Part shown: one piece after another, positions 1 through 10,611 of the stretch
Numbering within the stretch: position 1 is the first letter of the stretch
Layout: every line of letters begins with the position of its first letter
From: Schizochytrium sp. TIO01
Taxonomy: Eukaryota > Protista > Bigyra: Labyrinthulomycetes
Assembly (NCBI GenBank): GCA_004764695.1
Contig: SMSO01000025.1
Span: 1,240,001-1,304,000 of the forward strand
Direction: 5' to 3'
Length of the DNA stretch: 64,000 nt
Notes under the pieces: model-generated
What the model was told of the DNA's origin: nothing
The model's input: only the letters and a program-made list of their open reading frames with translations
Databases searched by the model: none
Translations under genes and position numbers: made by a program

Positions 1-380
1 TTTATGACCCATGAGTGAGTTCATGTTCATGTTCATCATTCATCGCAAGGAAGTTAGTCAAGGCTTTGTGTCTTTTGCCGATTTCACCGTGGGGATTATG
101 ACGGTGGTAAAGCATGGCAGTCTCGGGGTATGCTCAGAGGAAAGGCGGCGCACGTACGTTGTGTAGGAAACTCTCTCTAGTTGATGATACGATTCTGCTT
201 CTACGTCGCAACGTTTTCTTTGATTCTTTCTTGCTAGAGTATCATTTTCAAAGAACAATATGACATAGACGAAACTGTAGACCCAAGTAGAATCATCTGG
301 TGCTCCTTACTTCACAAGGATAGAGTATTCTCGCTGCTAAAGTTTCCTGCAGCGGGATCCTTCCCAACCTGACTCTTCCG

Positions 381-441
381 TTTGAAGTGGAAACGGGGTT
401 TGAAGTGGAAACGGGGTTTGAAGTGGAAACGGGGTTTGAAG
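381..441. repeat. 18-bp tandem repeat (TTTGAAGTGGAAACGGGG) x3.4
   Basis: Three exact copies at 381-398, 399-416 and 417-434, plus a partial copy at 435-441. It lies upstream of the first ATG of the Myb gene. Confidence 0.95.
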
Positions 442-587
442 AACTACTCTTGATCAAGCTTAATGCGTTTGATAGCCGGAATATTCATGGATGGCCTTTG
501 GCGCCTTGTTTCACCAGCGTGTCTGAAAATGGCCAGGTGGCGTCCAAAAACGCATTTAAAGACGTCACGAAAATTTTTATACATGCC

Positions 588-1829
588 ATGGAAATCAAAA
601 TTGGAATGATCATGAACTCCGAAGCGCGATCAAAATTGCACCTAGCTCGAGAGGAAATTGCTGAGGCAATTGGCGTGCTCGAGGCTCACATCCGAGAGCG
701 CTGGGGGGCTGCGAGGTCCTTTGCAGATGGCGAAGAGGAGGAGGAGGATGACGAAGAGGAGGAGGAGGAGGCCGCTTGTGAGCCCAGGTCAATAAAAGGT
801 GGCTCTAAACGCCCTCGAGAAGACGTTGCCAAAGTAACTACGGATGGACATTCCGTTGATCCAGACATGGAAGAGGATAACGATGAAGATGAAGATGATG
901 GTGAGAATGACGACGAGAACTTCACTCTGAAAAAGATATTCCCAGGAGGTCGCTTCGCAAACGCGGATGCCATGCAATGGTACATGAATGCAGTTCCAGC
1001 TTCTGGGTTCGTACCATGGACCTCTGCGGCAGTCCGCAGACTTATCAATGCAGCACATGATTATGCGGAGGACTGGGAAAAGGTACAGCGTCGCCAATTT
1101 CCAGGTTATTCTGTGCAAAGTCTTAAGCTACGACATGCTTACGAGGTGTGTCGGGCTCAGGATGGACCTTTTACAAAAGCGCAAGACAAGTCACTGCGGG
1201 AAATTGCAAAGCGTCATAGGGAACGTTGTTGGGATCTCATCAGCAAAGAGTTTAACGAAGCGCACGATACGCAATACACAGAATGGGCTTGCTTAGAGCA
1301 GTTCGTGCGTAAAAAGGCACCTGCTTCATTTTCAAGCCTTGATGACGAGAAGTTAACAAAATTGGTCCAGGCCTTCGGAGATGGAGATTGGCAACTTATT
1401 GCTGAATTGATGCAAACCTTCACGGCACGTCAGTGTGCAGCAAGGTATCGCGAGCATCTTGAAGCTCGACAAGAGGTGGCGGAACACCGGGCGAGAACTC
1501 CCTGGACATCTCTTGAGGATGACCGTTTGCAGCGCTGCGTCGGCGCGTACGGTGAAAACTGGACCCTTATTCAAAAACACTTGCCGGGCCGGTCCGCTAT
1601 GCAATGTAGAGAGCGATGGAAAAATGTTCTCGATACATCATTGAACAAGTCTGCTTGGACGTCTGCTGAGGACACTTTGTTGCAGCAGCTTGTAGCTAAG
1701 CATGGTGCTGGTAAATGGAGTAAGATTGCGAAAGAGCTCAGCGCTCATCAACAACATATCGGCCACGGAGCACGGACGCCAACAATGTGTCGAAAGCGCA
1801 TGGCAACTTTGGCGCCTTTAGCTAAATGA
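588..1829 (+). CDS. Multi-repeat Myb/SANT DNA-binding protein, SNAPC4/SNAP190-like
   Basis: ORF 387..1829 opens on GTG; the first in-frame ATG is at 588. An N-terminal helical and acidic region is followed by about 5 Myb repeats (e.g. PWTSLEDDRL...NWTLIQKHLPGRSAMQCRERW, AWTSAEDTLL...GAGKWSKIA). Four to five repeats is the SNAPC4 architecture. Confidence 0.8.
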   Translation: MEIKIGMIMNSEARSKLHLAREEIAEAIGVLEAHIRERWGAARSFADGEEEEEDDEEEEEEAACEPRSIKGGSKRPREDVAKVTTDGHSVDPDMEEDNDEDEDDGENDDENFTLKKIFPGGRFANADAMQWYMNAVPASGFVPWTSAAVRRLINAAHDYAEDWEKVQRRQFPGYSVQSLKLRHAYEVCRAQDGPFTKAQDKSLREIAKRHRERCWDLISKEFNEAHDTQYTEWACLEQFVRKKAPASFSSLDDEKLTKLVQAFGDGDWQLIAELMQTFTARQCAARYREHLEARQEVAEHRARTPWTSLEDDRLQRCVGAYGENWTLIQKHLPGRSAMQCRERWKNVLDTSLNKSAWTSAEDTLLQQLVAKHGAGKWSKIAKELSAHQQHIGHGARTPTMCRKRMATLAPLAK

Positions 1830-2059
1830 ATATGGTTCCATCATCAGAATTGTACAAAATGTCTAGTATATCAAACGGAATTCTAAATTAGTGTAACTTA
1901 GTCTTTATAAGAGCAACCTATATATTTATACATTGTTTAGTTTTGACTCATTATAAATTTACCAATAGGATGCAGGTCAAAAAAAGTAAATATGGATATT
2001 GTATAGTAGACAAAACGATTCAGAGTTGAGGCTGCAAACAAACACCTTGACTAGATTGA

Positions 2060-4345
2060 TCAACGAAAGAAACGAGAAGCAAGGGAGGTGCGAGAGGCCC
2101 GAGACACAGTGCTACCTGGAGAGGTCATACCATCTTCTTCTATCACGGGAGAAAGCTTATCCGCACGTGGACTTTGCCAAGACTGAAGGTTGTCACTAAT
2201 GATCCGAGGCTTATGTCGAGCAGAGATTTTAAGCCCACCAAGCTTCGCTGTGCTTTCATCTCGATCTTGAGAGTTGATATCGATTTGATCGTCCTCATCG
2301 TCTTCATAATATCTGTTGTTAGATTCCTCAGTTTCCGGTACCTTGGGATAGTTTTGAATACCTAGATATTGACGTTCTTGCATCGATAGAATGTCTGAAG
2401 CAGACAAAGAATCTACTTCAAATTCCCCGGAACCAGGGGAAGAAAGATTACCTGTGGAAGTACCAGGGGACGAGAGGTCACTTGTCGGGGAGCTTATATC
2501 GCTTGTCGGGGAAGCAAGTTCACTGCTGGCTGACGTCAGATCACTGGGTGTAGGTGATGAAAGATGCACCGGTGCTGGCAACGGAAGATTTAACTCATCC
2601 ATGACAATTTCGTCAACAAGCGTTTCCTGGTCAGCTTTGTGTTGATGAACTGCGTTATGAACTGCATGAGAGGATCCGTATTGGTATTGGGCATTCTCAT
2701 CATTAACTGCGGGAAGCACGGCAATATGCTTTTTTGAAGATTCCTGTGCTTCAGAGGCAGTCTGGTCCACTCCTCTTTCATGCAAAGTATTCTTGATCTG
2801 AGCAGGTACCTCTTGTGACCTTTGTGGCAGGCGGCAGTTGATATCAATGATTTGTGCCCATTCCATCGCAGCTTCTACAGAAGGAGCTTTGAGATAAAGC
2901 TTGCCATTGACACGATGCATATTGAAAGGAAGACAGTTTTCAACGCCTTGCAAGATGAGCACATCGGGAATAGGGTCCATAACAGTCACTCTTGCCTTTG
3001 TGAGATCATAGATACTCTGAGCAACGATTGGTCTGCTGACTGCCTTTTCCTCAGACTCGTAAGAGAACAGTAAACAACGTGGAAGTGACATGAGATCATC
3101 CTTCTCTTCATCGCGAGCAGCTGCTTGAGCTGCTGCGACGGAGGATGCATGCGCGCGGTATAAACAAAAGTAGAAGCTACAGATAACCTCCCCCGTCGCA
3201 GGACTTGCGAGGACCCCTAAAGTCTCAGACTTGTCTGGCAACGGGTAAGTACGTTCTTGCGCATCTAAAGTCACACGTGGAAGACTTTCTGCAAGACGAG
3301 CAAAAGACAAGGCAGACATCCACCGATGAGCCCCACGAACATCTGAGGCACTCAAGTGAACTGGTGGGACAGGTGTTCGCAAATCCATGGCATTCAGTAA
3401 GTTGCGTAATACGAATGTCCGCTTAGCCGAATCTCCACCAGCTTTAACTTCGCAGTCCCCGATCAAATAGGCTCCGCGCGGGTTGGTACGTTGTTTGCCA
3501 GTCATAGCAGTATGCGCATCGCAGGTCCAGTAAAGTAAAAGGTAGCAGCGGTGTGTTGTTCTTTTGACAACTTCACTTGCAAGTGGGGTTAGCATTTCAA
3601 GTTCATGGGGTTCAAATGAGGCAAGGCGGAAGAAACGCTGTTTCCAGATTCCAAAAACATCGCTCTGTTTCTGAAGGTACCCGCCGATTTCTGCCATTGC
3701 CCAGAGCTGATTTCTTTCTGAAAAAGATCCTTCGGAGCTTGCGTCAGAGATGGAGTCGGTGTTTCTCCGAATTCCAACTTCTGTGGATGAACGTGGCTTA
3801 TCGTGACGCGGCGGAAGGGTGGGAATTGAAGCTAAAGTTGCCAGCGGAACTTGAAGGCTCTCGTGCTCTTCAACTGTTGCTGGTACTGCTTCGTGAATAC
3901 AGGCCAACGGTGAGTTGTTGTTTTGATGCAGACGTGAACGTCTCTGGCGCTGTGATCTTGTGCGTGCAACCTTTGCTGTGTTTTCTTCGAGTGGTGTTAA
4001 AACTTGGTTCGTATCCTCGTCGTTTTCCTTCGCAGCTGCTCCTACGGTGAGGGTTTCGTTTTCCCCACGTTCAGTGTTTTGCACGGGCTCTTCCACAGAA
4101 ATATTCTTTGCGCTATTGCTCTTCCTTGCAACAGATCTTCTCGTTGAGCGAATGGGCTGTCGGGTCCTAGATGCTGCCTTGGCTCCGGTTGTGCCAAAAT
4201 TTTCTGTGTACTCGCCGTTTTCAATATGTTTTGGTTCTTGAAACGCGAGCTTCAAGCCTGTGACAAGTATTGAAGAAACAACTAGCGCAAAAGTCACCAC
4301 GCCACGACGGAAATCAAAAATACCTTCGGGTCGGTCCCTGCCCAT
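2060..4345 (-). CDS. PH-domain protein with two PH-like domains, an N-terminal hydrophobic segment and a Ser-rich disordered tail
   Basis: First ATG of the 803-aa ORF is at 4345 (MGRDRPEG), so the start is uncertain. PH motifs: GYLQKQSDVFGIWKQRFF...HLSASDVRGAHRWMSAL and LYLKAPSVEAAMEWAQII. Hydrophobic stretch VVTFALVVSSILVTGL. Confidence 0.75.
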   Translation of the reverse strand: MGRDRPEGIFDFRRGVVTFALVVSSILVTGLKLAFQEPKHIENGEYTENFGTTGAKAASRTRQPIRSTRRSVARKSNSAKNISVEEPVQNTERGENETLTVGAAAKENDEDTNQVLTPLEENTAKVARTRSQRQRRSRLHQNNNSPLACIHEAVPATVEEHESLQVPLATLASIPTLPPRHDKPRSSTEVGIRRNTDSISDASSEGSFSERNQLWAMAEIGGYLQKQSDVFGIWKQRFFRLASFEPHELEMLTPLASEVVKRTTHRCYLLLYWTCDAHTAMTGKQRTNPRGAYLIGDCEVKAGGDSAKRTFVLRNLLNAMDLRTPVPPVHLSASDVRGAHRWMSALSFARLAESLPRVTLDAQERTYPLPDKSETLGVLASPATGEVICSFYFCLYRAHASSVAAAQAAARDEEKDDLMSLPRCLLFSYESEEKAVSRPIVAQSIYDLTKARVTVMDPIPDVLILQGVENCLPFNMHRVNGKLYLKAPSVEAAMEWAQIIDINCRLPQRSQEVPAQIKNTLHERGVDQTASEAQESSKKHIAVLPAVNDENAQYQYGSSHAVHNAVHQHKADQETLVDEIVMDELNLPLPAPVHLSSPTPSDLTSASSELASPTSDISSPTSDLSSPGTSTGNLSSPGSGEFEVDSLSASDILSMQERQYLGIQNYPKVPETEESNNRYYEDDEDDQIDINSQDRDESTAKLGGLKISARHKPRIISDNLQSWQSPRADKLSPVIEEDGMTSPGSTVSRASRTSLASRFFR

Positions 4346-6043
4346 TGGACAGACCACGTGCGTTTGACGTCTGCCCCCTTGGGAATTTCCTACACAAACA
4401 ATGGGAGTGCGTAAATGCACTGCTATTAGCAGATATAGCAATAGTAGTAGAGAAACCAAAACCAAACTCACTCACCTTCTCCAGTGCAAAACCAAGCCAC
4501 CTATCTCCACCTTTACCACTAGCAGTATCCACCAGAAATGCTACACTAGCTATTCCCCCTACAGAATTGAGCAGATTGCGATAGATGCCCACTTCTTCCC
4601 TCCTCAACGGTCTGCTCGGCGAAAGTGACCAGCCTAAGGCCAACCTAGACTTTGCTAAGTCTCTCTTGTCCTATCAAACTCCCTTTCTACCAGGACAAAG
4701 AATGGAAGAAGGCACCAGATAATAGCAAACAAAAACAGTGAAGGAAAGAAACCCTCGAGCCCGATTCCTCCTTTCCGCACGTCTCTGGGTGCAGGCAGGC
4801 ACTGCTGTAGGGGCTGGCGCAGTCCACAGGCGCCCACAAAGATGCGCTCGGGTTCAAGACGGTGGCGCTGGTCTTAGGGTTGCATAGAATGGAGGGCAGC
4901 GGCAGGTCGACGGAGATTGGGGTCTGCAGAACTGACAGTTGTCGGAAAGGTAAAAAGAAAGAAATAAAAGATCGACGCGAAGAAATGAAAATGAAATAAA
5001 AAGCAATTGCTGACACCACGGAATCAAATCGAGAAACGAATCAGTGAAGCAAACGAATGAATCATCGGGTGGCACTAGCCTCAGAGAGCCTCTACTTCGA
5101 GCTATTGAACTTTGCGAAAGTTGAGATATTATTGTGTGATGTGGACCCAGCTACCTAGCTAGATACGTATCTATACTTCTATTGTGCTGAGCTTTGAAGC
5201 GAAGGAAGAGTTTTCATCGTATTGATGATAAGCATGAGCGTCATGATTGGAGGTTTCGTAGCTGTTATCTGAGGCTTCATTCAACCAAAGCGAATAAAGC
5301 CAGGAATCGTAAAGTTGTTGGAGGACGGGGACACACCACGACTTTGCAGAAAAGATTTAGCCTTGTGATGGGATGGCCCGATTTTCTTGCGGAGGCGCAT
5401 GGGAAATAGCATAGGTACTACTAATATTAAAATGAGTGATTATTTTAGTTTGAGCTTTTCCAACATTTCAAGGACTTCAGTGAGAGTGCTGTACTAGGAG
5501 GAAGTAGGTAGTCGCTATTATGGTTTTCTTTTAAACTTTCGCTAAGGACGTGAGTTCATCAAACTGCAAGGTACGGAACCTCGGGAAAGACATGCACGAG
5601 GGAGACTTAGAAAAGCCATAAAAGTATTGCTATGTCCAATAGTTCCTTCGTTCAAGTTTGGTCAGGCAGTGATAGAGAATTATTATGTTCATACATTCTA
5701 GCCTTTTATCTTTTATTGTAACTGCTCTTTTATTTTGGGGCCCATGGCGAAGTCGGTGACGCAGCAGGTTAGCTCGCAAATGCGCCTGCGGGTTCTCAAG
5801 GGATATCAAAGCTGGGACGAGGGCAGTTGAGCGGCATCGTACGTTGAGGAGTATACAGATAAAGAAAGATTCTTTAGGCAATTAGAGAAAAGAATAAAAT
5901 AGTGGATAGATGCTGCTGGCTGTTAAGTTGAATTTTGATATTCTATACTTGCTACAATCCGGAGGATAGGGGGGGGGAGGGTTGGCATAATTGCACCTTG
6001 CCAGAATGAACTTGCCGGTCCCCTTTTCAGTCTAACTCGAGAT

Positions 6044-7318
6044 TTAGGTGCCCCCGAAGAGAAAGTTTCCAAGCGACTCGGAGATTTTGGACGCTGTGCT
6101 GAAGATACGCTTACGTTGGGAGAGTACTAAAGCGGCGACAGCGGACGCCCCTGCAATTGCCAAAACCTGATCTTTGGTGAGGATTAATGCGGGTTCATCA
6201 TCACCATCATCATCTTGCTTTCGTGAAGATCGAGATGCCGCATTGCTGCCGGAAGAGCCCTTGGCAGTCGATTGACCACGGTGTCTCGTTGCTGAGTTTG
6301 ACTGACCCGTAGGTGTAGTCGATGTTGATGCAGAAGAAGGCGAATGGATCCCTACCTCTGAACCTGACCTGGACGCCCGGGGAGTAGTATTATTTTGGTC
6401 TATTGAAGAGGCCCCACTGGTGTTTACGGCGGCGACCTCTTTTTGAGATTGCTGCAGAGTCTCTGACGAAGCAATCTCCTCATTCAAAGCATGCAAAAGA
6501 TCTTGCCGTTTTTCCCTGGACAGAAGAATGTTGTTGTTGTGAATTGCAAGAAACCGCTGGGCACCCTCGATCTCGCCAAGATGTGGCAATGTTTGCACCG
6601 TGTACACATAAGCTAGTGCAGCGTATTGAGAACACATTTCAGAGGTGGCCACACCGCCCCTCTTTACGCGTTCTGCATACATGCCCATAAAAGTTTCGAG
6701 TTTTTCCTTGACTAGTTCATGTTGCTTCAAATGGGACTTGAGGTTAAGCCATGCCAGTACAAGCTCAAAAGGAAGTGGCCCATTTAGCTGCAGGAATCTA
6801 TCAAGTAGTTGCAAGTCACTTGATACTGCCGCTTCACCCAACTCAAATAGGCTCTGCAAAAACAGCATAGCTGCTTTTTGCTTTCTGTAATGATTCGACG
6901 TTATTATAGCCACCCCATTTCCTTATGTTAGTTGTCAACTTCATACACAATATAATTTGAATTCAACATTTGCTAAGCTGTCCCGTGGTATCCATCAGAA
7001 TCGGTCTATAGAAGTATTGTCGCATGCAGAGTTGTCCTTCTCCTAAAGATCCATTCCACCAACCCTGAAGCCCCGCCTAAACAGGGCTATTTCATTTCCT
7101 GCTTCACACAGTCTGCGCCTCCTGAGCGTCTTTAACTCAACTTCAACTTACGGTTGCACGTCTTGACGACTCTGCGGTGCGATTTCAACCTTGGCAGTGG
7201 CCGCCTTGGTCTCATCAAGATGCGCCTTGAGCATAGGCCTGCATTTTGTAGCACATGCTGCAAAATCGCCCTGGAGGAGTTCTTTCTCCGCGGATCGAAT
7301 GTCTTCAGCGTCCGTCAT
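6044..7318 (-). CDS. Tail-anchored PEX26/APEM9/Pex15-like peroxin (two exons, 335 aa)
   Basis: Exon 1 is 7318-7152 (MTDAEDIRSAEKELLQGDFAACATKC...), with donor GTAAGT at 7151. A branch-like ACTAAC precedes the acceptor TTACAG, and exon 2 is 6884-6044; the splice phases match. Motifs AAMLFLQSLFELG, PLPFELVLAW, YAALAYVYTVQTLPHLG and LSREKRQDLL resemble APEM9/PEX26 as I recall them. A C-terminal TM helix is followed by basic RKR. Confidence 0.65.
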
Positions 7319-7684
7319 CTCTCCACGTCTTTATTCCAGGCACTCGCGGCGCCAAGCCTTCGCACCGATTGCGGATTGCCTCGATCCAAACTCTCGAATT
7401 GCTTGTAAAATTGCAATTCAATTTAAAAAACAAGGCACCTAAAAGAAAGCATAATAGGGGGCAACTGCAAGTGAACTATCCGGTACTTCTTAGTTGCACT
7501 ATAGCCTATAATTCACTTGTATGCTTTATCACAATAAGCTTTATTTGGGAATACTGCACTTTCATGTTGTATGCGAAGATGGGATTTCCCAAACTATCTC
7601 GAGCAGCAGCTCTCAACACCTTGTGGAGATTGCGGCAACCCTTGGCAATTTTGACGCAGCAAATTCCTATTCTGGACTTCCAGG

Positions 7685-8899
7685 ATGTGGAACGCAGAGC
7701 TCGAGGGGGAGCTTGAGACTGTGACCTCTGAGTGGCGGACTCGAGGCCTTCCACGTCGTGATGCACGTCTCGATGTGAGTCGCGTGGCGCAGCTGGATGC
7801 TCTCATGCTTGACGGTGAGCTCATCTCGCTGCTTAAGACGCAAGCTTCTGGTGTATTGGCATGCGTTCCCGAGTGGGAGCAGGCTTCTGCGAGGTTTCAG
7901 CCTGAGCTCATGGCAGTCTTGAGGTTAGTGGTTTGGGTTTTCTCCACAAGGGTTAACGCAGCGCCTCCTGGAGATGCTTTGCAAAACTTAAGATACAGAA
8001 ACGAATTTGTTTTTGACGCAGCTCACAAAGCTGGTTTGCTCAGGCTGCCTGGTGATGACCCCTCTAGGCTACAGCGTATTCTCCATGGTGTCGGCTCAGT
8101 GCTCGTACCTTGGGCCTGGGAACGGCTCGAGGAGCATTCCCTTGTGCACAGATGGTCCTCCTTGGACGAGGACGACTGGCGCAACCGCGCTGCAAAACTC
8201 ATGGACAAAGCCGAGCGATGTTATGTGCTTGCATCGCTCTCAAACTTTGTGGCGTTTCTTTATGATGGTAGGTATCGTAGTCTGTTGGACCGACTTTTAC
8301 AGATGCGAGTAGTTTATGCGAAGTCCGAGGCACATCGAGCGGTCAGCTTTGAGTTTATTAATCAGCAGCTGCTTTATGATGGCTTCAGCGATATGCTCAT
8401 GTGTCTTTTGCCCGTCATCGACTGGGATCGTCTTCGAAGAATTGCCTTGCGTTCGATGCTGGCTGTGCACGCAATGTACAAACGCTCCGCGAGGCCCTGG
8501 ATTAGGTTTCTGCGGAAAAGGTTGCTTGGGCTCTTGCTTTTTATTCGCCTTAAAGCTCGCCAGTTGCGCGGGAGTAAGCCGGGTGAAGATGACAGTCTTG
8601 ATGTTTTAGGTCAGGATGGTTTGAAAGATGAGCGTGCGCCTGGTGCTGATGATGATGATGACTCGTCCTCGCAAGCTTCATCGTCGGTGGATGATGTGGA
8701 TGGTGTTCTAGTCTCCAGTGCTGCCAGCCTCTCTTGTGTTTCATGTTCTAAATCACCTGCGTGTATGCCACATCGTACAAACTGTGGCCATGTATATTGC
8801 TACTTTTGTCTCAAGGTGCACCAGATGCAAGCAACTGAAGCTGCCGGTTTCAAATGTGAGCGCTGTGCCGAACCTATTACGCAGGCGTTACGCGTTTAG
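7685..8899 (+). CDS. PEX2: Peroxisomal RING E3 ligase PEX2
   Basis: Pex2/Pex12 N-terminal motif RVAQLDALMLDGEL, FLYDGRYRSLLDRLL and VSFEFINQQLL. C-terminal RING C-x2-C...CGHVYCYFC...C-x2-C. Confidence 0.9.
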   Translation: MWNAELEGELETVTSEWRTRGLPRRDARLDVSRVAQLDALMLDGELISLLKTQASGVLACVPEWEQASARFQPELMAVLRLVVWVFSTRVNAAPPGDALQNLRYRNEFVFDAAHKAGLLRLPGDDPSRLQRILHGVGSVLVPWAWERLEEHSLVHRWSSLDEDDWRNRAAKLMDKAERCYVLASLSNFVAFLYDGRYRSLLDRLLQMRVVYAKSEAHRAVSFEFINQQLLYDGFSDMLMCLLPVIDWDRLRRIALRSMLAVHAMYKRSARPWIRFLRKRLLGLLLFIRLKARQLRGSKPGEDDSLDVLGQDGLKDERAPGADDDDDSSSQASSSVDDVDGVLVSSAASLSCVSCSKSPACMPHRTNCGHVYCYFCLKVHQMQATEAAGFKCERCAEPITQALRV

Positions 8900-9644
8900 T
8901 ATATCGGCGTTCGAACTGTTATGCAGCCCCTGACATCGACCTAATTAGCCATACCTCCAGCTCGTCTGCTCATTGCAAAAGTCTTGACTTCTCCAGCACA
9001 TAGGAGCAGTCCATGTCTAACTTATCAAAAATCCTATCATAGTCAATTTGAACAACCGAACAACCCTATTGCGTATTTCGTTGTTCTCAAAGTCCACTGT
9101 TAATGAATTAAAAACCTGGTCATATTTGCATTATATCAGTTTCCCTCTACATAATGTGTTCTTCATCACTTTATACAGAGTTTGCCAAAATATCATCTTG
9201 AAATACCAAATATGTTTTTTTCTTTCGCTATATGTACCAAACTATCCATTCAATCTTAGACATTTTTTGACGTTTGTCTACATGAATCTTGTCCGTATTT
9301 CTGCTTAATTCTCAGAAGATAATCATCTCAAAACATCCACCATGTTATATATGTATAGTCGAATTAGATATGATTTATTATTTTTCCGGAAGCGTTATTT
9401 TATTTTATTTCTATAGGAATGTATATCCTATCATATTCTTTATTCTGATTAATAAAAATAAAAATAAAAATTGTAAATAAGCCTATAATAAAACTCAGAG
9501 TCCACAGAAAAAAGACACATAGAAACGATTAGGTGACAAGATCATTTCAAGTTTGTTGGCTTCACGCGCGCCATTTTGAAGCCCCGAACCCAGCCTTGAT
9601 CTGCTCTCCCTGACCAAGCATTGTCTATCGTTTCCTGTCTCACG

Positions 9645-10220
9645 ATGTCCTCCTCTTCTGCAGTTTCTGGCTCCTCTGAGGCCGCTGCAGATAACAACAG
9701 TCTTCGCGAGGGAGGCGTGGTCATGGAGACCAGCATGGGGCGAGTTGTGTTCGAGTTGTACTGGGACGAGGCGCCTCGATCGTGTGAGAATTTTCAGCGC
9801 CTAGCGGACTCGGGTTTATACAACGACGTTATCTTTCACCGTGTTATCCAAAACTTTATGATTCAGGGAGGAGATCCTTCGGGCACGGGCCGTGGCGGCC
9901 AGTCGATTTGGGGCGGCAAGTTTGAGGACGAGATTACGCCTGGTCTTAAGCACGTGGGGGCAGGTATCTTGAGCATGGCCAACGCTGGTCCAAACACAAA
10001 TGGCTCTCAGTTCTTCATCACACTGGCACCATGCCCTTGGCTCGATGGCAAGCATTCCATCTTTGGGAGAGTATCCCATGGCATGCGGGTGGTCCAGCGA
10101 ATTGGCATCGTACCATGTGATAACAATGACCGGCCACTTCAGCCAATCAAAATCTTAAAGGCATTCTCCTATCAAGGGCCTGAACCACCTGCGCCACAAG
10201 AGCTTGCCGTTAGCTCATGA
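9645..10220 (+). CDS. PPIL1: Cyclophilin peptidyl-prolyl isomerase, PPIL1-like (spliceosomal)
   Basis: [27 protein letters not shown] and [43 protein letters not shown]. First ATG is at 9645. Confidence 0.9.
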   Translation: MSSSSAVSGSSEAAADNNSLREGGVVMETSMGRVVFELYWDEAPRSCENFQRLADSGLYNDVIFHRVIQNFMIQGGDPSGTGRGGQSIWGGKFEDEITPGLKHVGAGILSMANAGPNTNGSQFFITLAPCPWLDGKHSIFGRVSHGMRVVQRIGIVPCDNNDRPLQPIKILKAFSYQGPEPPAPQELAVSS

Positions 10221-10611
10221 GGATTTATGAACTTTATGTAGGTAAAAACCTATGATATTTGAAAGTAGCCAAGATCGTACGATATGAATCCTACGAGAAC
10301 AAGACATTGTAGAGACTGCCTCTAAGCAACCTGCAAGGTTTCAGATTATCTCTTTGAGAGTTACTATATTTAAGGAAAGACAAGCAAGTAAGAAAGCGCT
10401 AGTTGCTGCAAGAGCATTGGAGATTCCAGCAGTAATTAAAACAAAGGAAAGAACCAGGCACAATCGCGTGAAGCATCAAGTACAAAGTGCAATGCGCACA
10501 GTCAACATAAGAAAGGCGGTATATCATTTGCAGAGTATAATTTGTTTGTGTATGGTACTTGTCATCATATTACTTAATAGAAATACAGTTCGTCAACCTA
10601 GAGCTAGCTAG

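Noticed and set aside
381-441. Possible CRISPR array
   Set aside because: The copies are directly adjacent with no spacers, no cas genes are present, and the context is eukaryotic.
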